64,000 nucleotides of DNA from Candidatus Eiseniibacteriota bacterium. Lineage in GTDB: Bacteria > Eisenbacteria > RBG-16-71-46. Shown here in pieces: positions 48,050 through 54,962 of this stretch. The notes below the pieces were generated by a model. It ran no database searches, was not told where the DNA came from, and saw nothing but the letters and a program-made list of their open reading frames with translations. The stretch lies in assembly GCA_963717505.1 (NCBI GenBank), contig OY970342.1, forward strand, positions 2,464,001-2,528,000, written 5' to 3'. How positions within the stretch are numbered: position 1 is the first letter of the stretch; each line of letters opens with the position of its first letter. The position numbers were made by a program, and so were the translations under genes.

Positions 48050-50055
48050 CTACTTGTACTGGGCGCCGAGCAGCACCCAGAGGTTGAAGTCGGCGCGTTC
48101 TCGCTCGGTCAGCGCGGGCGCCGTCGGATGCGAACCCATGCCGGCACGCGAGCCGAGGCCGAGGACGTAGTCGATCAGGCGCGACCGGCGCGGGAACGCC
48201 GGCGTCACTTCCTGGTTCTGCATGCTCATCGACTCGCCCGACAGGTTGATGTAGCCGCGCGGGAAGATGCGGTCCTCCATCGTCGTGTCCGGCACGGCGG
48301 TCAGGTCGAGGTTGCCCGCGGCCGCGGTCGTGTCGGTGCCCACGATGGTCGGCTGGTGACAGCTGACGCACTTGTTGGCCACGATCGGACCGATCGTCGA
48401 TTCGTAGTTGATGATCCTGCCAGCTGCGACGCGGGCAGGTTGAGGTCGTGCGCCGGGACCATCGCCGCCATCGGGTTCGGATTGGTCACCACCGGGCCGC
48501 CGGCCGCACGGTCCTCGTGACAGCCGACGCACTTGTCGAACTCCTCGCCGGGCGCACGAAGAGGTGGGTGCGCTTGACGACGAAGCCGCGGCTCAGGTTG
48601 TCGAGCGTGGCGAAGCTGATCGGCGTGTTGGCCGGCACCTTGATGCGGAACGAGCCGTCGGACTGGACCGGCGCGATGCCGATCAGCGCGCGCTTCTCGA
48701 ACTCGTTGGCCGAGAAGTCGTTCATCTCACCGGGCCTGGTCGGACGCGCGGCGATGACGGCGATGCTGTCGATCACGTCGATGCCTTCGATCGGACGCTC
48801 CTGCCCGTCGCTGGTGCCGCGGTTGAACACGTCCTGCGCCAGGAACACGCCGTAGGTCAGGCTCTGTGTTCAACGTCGAGGGAATGACCGGCGGCTTGGT
48901 CTGCGGCGCCAGCAGCTGCGCGTCGTACTCGTTGGCCGTCGGATCGTTGTAGAGGAAGGTCAGGTTGTCGAGCGTGAACGTCGCCGGGTCGCCCGCGCGC
49001 CGGCGCCGGTCTGGGTCAGCGTGAAGGTGTAGAGGCCGTAGTCGACATCGCCTTCGGTCGCCGCCGGCAGCGTGTACGACGCGACGAACTGGTTGCCGCC
49101 GATCGGGTGCGGATACTTGAACGCACCGTAGGGCCAGGGCTCGCCGTCGTTGTTGACCTGCGCGGTCACCACGTCCCAGTGCTGCGAGCTCGGGCCGTTG
49201 GCCGGGTCGGCCGGGCCTTCTTCGAGCTTGAGCACCGCGATCGGACCCGCGTCCTCCTCGATCATCGTCGACTCGATCGCGATCAGGCGGCCGTCGGGCG
49301 TCGGCGACGGCGTGGAAGAAGTTGCGGTCGTGCGGGCCGAACTCGTGGAACGTGCCCGAGCCGTCGGGGTTGGTGAAGAACAGCGGGAAGCGGTTCATCG
49401 TCCCGAAGTGCTCCCAGCGCGTGTAGACGATGCGGCCGTCGGGGAGCAGGGTCGGGTCGAAGTCGTCGCTCTGGTTGAAGCTGATGCGCTCGAGGTTGCC
49501 GCCGTCGGCGTCGCAGACGTAGCAGGTGCTCGGCGGGCGCGTGGTTGTACTCGTCCATCTCGTCGTCGCGCGAGCTGGTGAACATGATCCGGTCGTCCGG
49601 CAGGTAGAGCGGGTCGAAGTCGTGGCCGCCGCCGGTGGTGACCTGGCGCAGCCCGGTGCCGTCGGCGTTGATCTCGCAGATGTTCTTCCGGGAGCCCCGG
49701 ACGGGCGCATCGAGAACAGGATCTTCTTGCCGTCGAACGACACGCACGGGTCCGAGATGCTGGCGCCGGCGAAGTTGGTGATCGGCGTGACCACGCCGTC
49801 CGGCGAGATCGGCGAGAGCTTGTACAGGTTGCTCGGCGCCCAGGTGCGATTGAGCGTCTCCTCGGCGTCGGTCTTGACGAACACCAGCGCCTCGGTGGTC
49901 GGCTCGTCCTGGATCAGGTCGTCAGGCGCGCTGTCGCGACAGCCGGCAAAGCCGGTCGTCAGCAATCCGACGGCGGCCAACGCGGCGAGCATGGCCAGCG
50001 CGTGGAACGCGCGGAGTCGCCGCGAAGCGGGTGCGGTAGCAGGATGTCGGGTCAT
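48050..50055 (-). CDS. Hydrazine-synthase-alpha-like lipoprotein: TolB/PD40 propeller + HZS-alpha middle domain + two c-type heme motifs (multiple frameshifts)
   Basis: Lipobox GFAGC; DP.VSFDG..ILFSM, DFDP.YLPD.RI.F.S.R, DGRIVYTRWEH, F..NPDG; DGSFRIKVPANTP; CVGCH (48517-48531) and CVSCH (48356-48370). Confidence 0.78.
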
Positions 50056-50086
50056 GGCGTGCTGATGCCTCCGAGGGTGGTGCGGA

Positions 50087-50749
50087 TTACGGGGCGATCG
50101 TGCGGTAGAACGAAAGCCCGATCGTCTGCTGGAGGTATCGGATAAGCCACGATGCCCTCGCCGTTACTTTGCGAGCCGAACACCGTGGCATGGACGACCT
50201 CGGCGCGGAGCGCCAGGTCGTTTCGGATGAAGAACTCGAGTCCGCCGCCGGCCGTGAGTGCGTTCTTGGTCACCGGGTCGGCGTTCAACGCGAGCGGCCG
50301 GGGGAAACCATCATCATCCCGTAGCCGAGGCTGACGTACGGCTGAAAACGCCCTGGCAGCGGGTAGCGGACCAGCGCGCTCACCGAATGGAGCACCGCGT
50401 GCACCGACTGGCCCGGGTTGTGGCCGAGCGAGCCTTCGTAGCCGAGCCAGGAGTTTGGGTTGTACGCGAGCCGAAGGGTGAATAGCGCTTCGGAGCCGAG
50501 CGAGCCGTAGCCCGGCGTCAGCGAGAAGCGATGCAGATACGGCCGCGTTCCCGGCTCCAGCCGATACGGTTCCGTCGCGATATCGGGCACGAGAGCCTCG
50601 AGGCCGGCCCGAGTTCGCGCCACTTCCTTGACGGCGGTCTTCTCCTCCTCGGTCGCGTCGGCGTTCACGCCGCTCGAAGACGCCGCCAGCGACACGACCG
50701 CCCATGCGACCACCCGCCAGAGTGCGGAACGGCGCAGTTGGAGGTTCAT
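50087..50749 (-). CDS. Outer-membrane beta-barrel protein (GltA/B/H-like small barrel; frameshifted)
   Basis: Signal peptide, RFSLTPGYG, LRLAY, FQPYVSLGYG, GGGLEFFI..LALRAEV. Restored end YLQQTIGLSFYRTIAP-stop. Confidence 0.65.
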
Positions 50750-51198
50750 GGCTCCACCCCCGCGAGGATCCAATCGAGGATGGCCTGGTAGCCGACGTCG
50801 GTGGTGTCCGCGAACGGCTTGGTCTGATGTGGTGTTCCGCCGGCGGCGAGCGCCAAAGGTTCGGTCAGGATCGGGCTCTGTTCCCGATCGGTCGCCAAGA
50901 CCTGAAGTGAGACCTGGTCGAAATCGAACTGCGGGTCCTTGTCTCCGACCGGCGACAGCTGCAGCGAGCCGCGGATGCCACCGCCGTGACAGTCGCCACC
51001 GGCATCGCAGCCATGGGCGGCCAGGATCGGCGCCACGTCCTGCTGGTATTGAGCAAAGCTCAACACCAGGCTGGTGCCGCCCCCGGGCGGCGCCGGCGGC
51101 GCCGTCGGTGAGCTGCAACCGTGCACGACGCCCGGCAGTGCGAGCAGCGTGACCGCGATCGATGCCATACGTCGCGGGGTCGGTTTCGTGTCCGCCAA
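50746..51198 (-). CDS. Small cytochrome c-like lipoprotein with CX5CH motif
   Basis: RBS GGAGAGG + TTG (alternative ATG 51168), lipobox VVHGC, F..Y...VAPIL..GCDAGGDCHGG, S.ILT.PL....H, YQAILDWI. Confidence 0.62.
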   Translation of the reverse strand: MADTKPTPRRMASIAVTLLALPGVVHGCSSPTAPPAPPGGGTSLVLSFAQYQQDVAPILAAHGCDAGGDCHGGGIRGSLQLSPVGDKDPQFDFDQVSLQVLATDREQSPILTEPLALAAGGTPHQTKPFADTTDVGYQAILDWILAGVEP

Positions 51199-51364
51199 TG
51201 CGTAGTCCTCTCCGAGCCGTGCGTCGTGCACGCGTCCCACGGTCAAATCGCGGTGCGGAAGCGATGCCCGGCTCGCATCTGCGAACCGGTTGCCGCCTAT
51301 CGCCTTGCGACTCCGTGGCGTCTCGTTCAGCGCTCCCCGTCGATGGGAAAGCGCCAGGGATCAC

Positions 51365-51379
51365 GCAAGCGCCGGGCCA
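51365..51379 (-). promoter_or_regulatory. Sigma54 (-24/-12) promoter for the Agl-Glt-like/redox operon
   Basis: Minus strand TGGCCC-GGCGC-TTGC, one mismatch to TGGCAC-N5-TTGC with exact GG-N10-GC spacing, about 170 bp upstream of the first gene. Confidence 0.6.
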
Positions 51380-51559
51380 CCGAACCGGTCACTCCACCAG
51401 CGAGTGTGCGCGAATGAAACAGTGGGGGAGAGGACGCAGCCCATTCGCAAAACGCGATGGCTGGGGCGTCGCGCGCAGCAGAAGCGGGCACGTCCCTCGC
51501 GGGCTCACGTCGCGAGGGGCCGGCGGAACGCAGGACTTTGGCGGCGGCGGTCGGAGGCG

Positions 51560-51820
51560 CTAGGGTGTCGCGGCGGGCTTGCTGGCCATCTGCAGCATCC
51601 GGCCGACGGCCATGCCGAGCAGGATCCAGAGGAACAACACCACACCGACGCCGGCGCCGTAGGCCAGGTGGGCGATGCGCGAGGATTGGGTGGTGAAGTC
51701 GCTGAGCGCGACCGGGGGAATGGCTTTCAGGTAGAGACGAAAGAACCACTCGCCGAGTGCGACACCGACGGCTTCACTGACCACGAACAAGACGATCAAC
51801 GTGACCGTTCTGGTCGACAT
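51560..51820 (-). CDS. Small two-TM membrane protein
   Basis: 86 aa from MSTRTVTLIVLF, two hydrophobic helices. No family recognised. Confidence 0.55.
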   Translation of the reverse strand: MSTRTVTLIVLFVVSEAVGVALGEWFFRLYLKAIPPVALSDFTTQSSRIAHLAYGAGVGVVLFLWILLGMAVGRMLQMASKPAATP

Positions 51821-51905
51821 GGGAGGATCTCCGGTGATTTCGGGACGGTCGGGTTCCAGACGGAAGGCTATCGCACGGCTCTCGAGACGGAAAGGCTGGG
51901 GGGTA

Positions 51906-52649
51906 ATGACGCGTTCGACAGTTGGAATCGTGCTGGCGCTGGCCGCGGGGATCGCCGCGGCCGCAGTCCGTCCCGCGGCCGCCGACATCACCATCTTCGG
52001 GAGGTACACCTTCGCGAATGGCGACACCGCGACCCGAGCGTCGTACTTCTCGCGCAAACGGGTGCGCATGACGGCTCCGGACGGCAAGGAGTTCATTCAC
52101 GACGCCCAGGCCAAGCGGGTGACGGTGATCGACCACGTCGGCCGGCGCTACTACACCGGCACGATCACCCAGGCCGACAGCCTGGCCGCCAAGCTGCTTC
52201 TCGAGCGAAACCAGGAAATCAAGCCGCTGATCGAGGCCAACCAGGAGCGCTGGTTGCAGATGATGAAGGGGTTCAACGACTCGATCGAGGTGGTGGAAAC
52301 CGGCGATACCCGCACGATCGCCGGCTACCCGTGCACCCGGTGGACCATGCGCGCCGCGTCCTACATGACCCACGAACGCTGGGTGGCGCGCGGGCTGAGC
52401 GTGCCCAACTACGGAGGCGAGCTGGAAAAGGTGGTCATGGCCACGGTGCTCGACCCGCTGGGACGCCAGCTCATGCGGATGTTGATCCAGTTGCGGGAGC
52501 AACCGGGGGCGGTATTGGCCTCGTCCACGAAGTTTCAGACCCTGACGCAAAGCGGCGCCTTCTCGTGGGAGGCGGACAGCACCGACTCGCGGACCATCCC
52601 CCCGGCAGTTTGGGAAGTACCGAAGGACTACACGAGGGTGCAACCCTAG
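51906..52649 (+). CDS. DUF4412-like secreted protein
   Basis: Signal peptide (AAA-D), KRVRM, VIDH..R.Y, TGDTRTIAGYPC, IPPAVWEVPKDY. Confidence 0.7.
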   Translation: MTRSTVGIVLALAAGIAAAAVRPAAADITIFGRYTFANGDTATRASYFSRKRVRMTAPDGKEFIHDAQAKRVTVIDHVGRRYYTGTITQADSLAAKLLLERNQEIKPLIEANQERWLQMMKGFNDSIEVVETGDTRTIAGYPCTRWTMRAASYMTHERWVARGLSVPNYGGELEKVVMATVLDPLGRQLMRMLIQLREQPGAVLASSTKFQTLTQSGAFSWEADSTDSRTIPPAVWEVPKDYTRVQP

Positions 52650-52982
52650 GTCCTGCGGGGCGACGCCCGACGCGTTCGTGCTCCATTCGCCTCGCGCGCG
52701 CCGGCTGGTTTCGATCGGCACGGAAACTGCCACGTCCACGCGACCCTTGACGTCGCCGGGGTCGTCGGCCGCTCAGGGATGAGGCGTCTTCCGGGCGCAC
52801 GTGCGCGTACAACGTGCCTTCGGAGCGGGGAACGCCTGTTGTCCGGCTCTCTCGCTTCGAGGGCTCGAAGCGTGCGGTCTGCCCCTTGGTCCATTGCCCT
52901 CCGCAATTCGTGGGGCTTCCGGATCCCTCGCTCGTCGTGTGCAAGTGCAACGACTTGCGGCCGTTTCATCTAGAAACCGCCG

Positions 52983-52997
52983 TGGCACGGAGCTTGC
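52983..52997 (+). promoter_or_regulatory. Sigma54 (-24/-12) promoter for the minor pilin operon
   Basis: Perfect consensus TGGCAC-GGAGC-TTGC, 45 bp upstream of the first pilin ATG, which has RBS GGAGAGG. Confidence 0.78.
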
Positions 52998-53042
52998 GGT
53001 CAATTAGCTGCATTTCGACCGTCTTCGTCCGAGGGAGAGGGA

Positions 53043-53513
53043 ATGGATTATCCACGCGCAGCACTCGATGGGACACAACATCCCTTCCGGCAGGATGCCG
53101 TCCGGTCGTGGACGAAGGGCTTCACGCTCACCGAGCTGCTCATCGTCGTTTCGGTGATGGGCCTGCTGATCGCCTTCGGGGTGCCGTCGATGTCGGGGTA
53201 CATCCGCTCGACCCGGCTGACGGGGGCGACCAACATGATGATCGCGGACATTCACTACGCCCGCTCGCTGGCCACGGCCAAGCGGCGCACCTACCAGGTG
53301 GCGTTCGACAGCCTCGGCTATTCGATCGCCCAGGCCAGCCCGTGGGACGTGATTCGGAGCCGTGAGCTGCCGCGCGGAGTGAATTGCGCCGCGACCGACA
53401 CGGTGACGCTGTTCGCGTGGGGCCTGACGACGCCGACCACGATCACGGTCAACGGCCACGACGGAACGAAGACCCTGCAGGTGAGCGCCAACGGGAGCGT
53501 GTCCCATGACTAA
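53043..53513 (+). CDS. FimT/FimU/GspH-family minor pilin
   Basis: Prepilin site KG|FTLTELLIVV, ARSLA motif. Confidence 0.88.
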   Translation: MDYPRAALDGTQHPFRQDAVRSWTKGFTLTELLIVVSVMGLLIAFGVPSMSGYIRSTRLTGATNMMIADIHYARSLATAKRRTYQVAFDSLGYSIAQASPWDVIRSRELPRGVNCAATDTVTLFAWGLTTPTTITVNGHDGTKTLQVSANGSVSHD

Positions 53514-53868
53514 GGCCCCGCGAGCCGCCGAGTCCGGGGTCACCCTGGTCGAGCTGATGATCGCGCTGGTCATCATCGGAGTCGGGATCCTGACGCTCTC
53601 CGCCGTCCAGACGCACTCGAGCCGCGACGTCACGGTCACCGCCCAGCACACGCGCGCCCTCAGTTTGGCGCAGGCCCAGGTCGAGAACGCTCGGATCGCC
53701 GGCTTCGACGCCGCGGTGGCGGACTCGGGTGTCAATGGCGTCTACAACTGGCGCCGGGAGATCACTTCGGTTGGCACCGGCCTGAATCGGGTGCGGGTCA
53801 CGGTCAACTGGAACGCTCAGGGCGTTCCTCGCGGCCTCGAAATCAGCACCCTGATGTCCACCCGATGA
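53506..53868 (+). CDS. pilV: PilV-like minor pilin
   Basis: SG|VTLVELMIALVI, short pilin, RVRVTVNW. Confidence 0.8.
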   Translation: MTKAPRAAESGVTLVELMIALVIIGVGILTLSAVQTHSSRDVTVTAQHTRALSLAQAQVENARIAGFDAAVADSGVNGVYNWRREITSVGTGLNRVRVTVNWNAQGVPRGLEISTLMSTR

Positions 53869-54467
53869 GGCCCGCCGTGAATCGACCCGTTCGCTTCAAC
53901 CACGGTTGCGCCGGCCTGACGCTGGTCGAGCTCACCGTCACGGTCGTGATTCTCGCCGTGGTGTTCTTGATCGTCAGCAGTCTGTTCCTGTCGACCAGCC
54001 GGTTCCAGTCGCGGACCGTGCGCCGCGCCGAGGTGCAGATGTCCGGCATGCAGGGCATGTCGCTGATGACCATGGAGATCCGCCAGGCCGGGGCGGATCC
54101 CGCGGACCCGCAGATCGGCGTCGTGCCCATCGTCACCGCGTCCGCCACCCAGATTCGCGTGCGCTCCGACCTCAACGCCGACGGCGTCCTGCAGACCACC
54201 GAGCCGTCGGAGGACGTGACCTACAGCTACGACGCGGGACAGCAGGCGATTCTGCGCGACCCGGGGTCCGGGGCCGCGGTCGCGATCCCCAACGTCACCG
54301 ACATGGCGTTGACCTATTTCGACGCGAGCGACACGCCTCTGACCACGTTTCCGCTCAGCGCGACCGACGCCGCCCTGGTGCGCTCGGTGGGCCTGACCAT
54401 GACCACTCAGGATCGTGATTCCGTCGGCATGACGCTCACCACGCGCATCATGCTCCGGAATCTCTAA
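53865..54467 (+). CDS. pilW: PilW-like minor pilin
   Basis: AG|LTLVELTVTV, EIRQAG, DLNADG Ca-loop, C-terminal RN. Confidence 0.8.
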   Translation: MRPAVNRPVRFNHGCAGLTLVELTVTVVILAVVFLIVSSLFLSTSRFQSRTVRRAEVQMSGMQGMSLMTMEIRQAGADPADPQIGVVPIVTASATQIRVRSDLNADGVLQTTEPSEDVTYSYDAGQQAILRDPGSGAAVAIPNVTDMALTYFDASDTPLTTFPLSATDAALVRSVGLTMTTQDRDSVGMTLTTRIMLRNL

Positions 54468-54511
54468 GGCGGAACTCGATGCCGAACACGATGCTCACCC
54501 GGAGGTGCCCG

Positions 54512-54961
54512 ATGACGGAACAGCGGGAGTGCGAACGCGGATCGGCCATGATCCTGACCCTGGCCGTGGTCGCGGGCCTGGCCCTGCTGGCGATGATCGT
54601 GGTGTCGATCGCGACGTCGGCCAAGTGGACCGAGTTCGCCGAGTACACGCACAGCCGGGCGTTCTACTCCGCGGATGCCGCCGGGGAAGCCGCGATCAAC
54701 TGGATCCGCTTCCAGCCGAGCCCGCCGGCGATCATCGACGGCCAGAACCACGTGTTCGTCGCCGGCGGTGCGACCGTTCTCAGCGCGAACCACAGCTACC
54801 AATACGACGTCCAGTTCGTGCGCAAGCGTTTTCGAGAGGGATGGAGCCTTGACTATAAAGACTACGAGTATCTGATCGACGCTGACGGCGCTAGCGCGCA
54901 GCAGTCCGAAGCCGCTATCGAAGTACGCGTCACGCGCCTGTTTAAGGAGGGCTACCAATAA
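54512..54961 (+). CDS. pilX: PilX-like minor pilin
   Basis: RBS GGAGG; ERG|SAMILTL without Glu5, AFYSADAAGE motif. Confidence 0.78.
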   Translation: MTEQRECERGSAMILTLAVVAGLALLAMIVVSIATSAKWTEFAEYTHSRAFYSADAAGEAAINWIRFQPSPPAIIDGQNHVFVAGGATVLSANHSYQYDVQFVRKRFREGWSLDYKDYEYLIDADGASAQQSEAAIEVRVTRLFKEGYQ

Positions 54962-54962
54962 C

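Noticed and set aside
48050-50055. Anammox hydrazine synthesis
   Set aside because: Only an alpha-like subunit; no beta/gamma subunits or HAO-like genes, and the window encodes oxygen-dependent heterotrophic enzymes.
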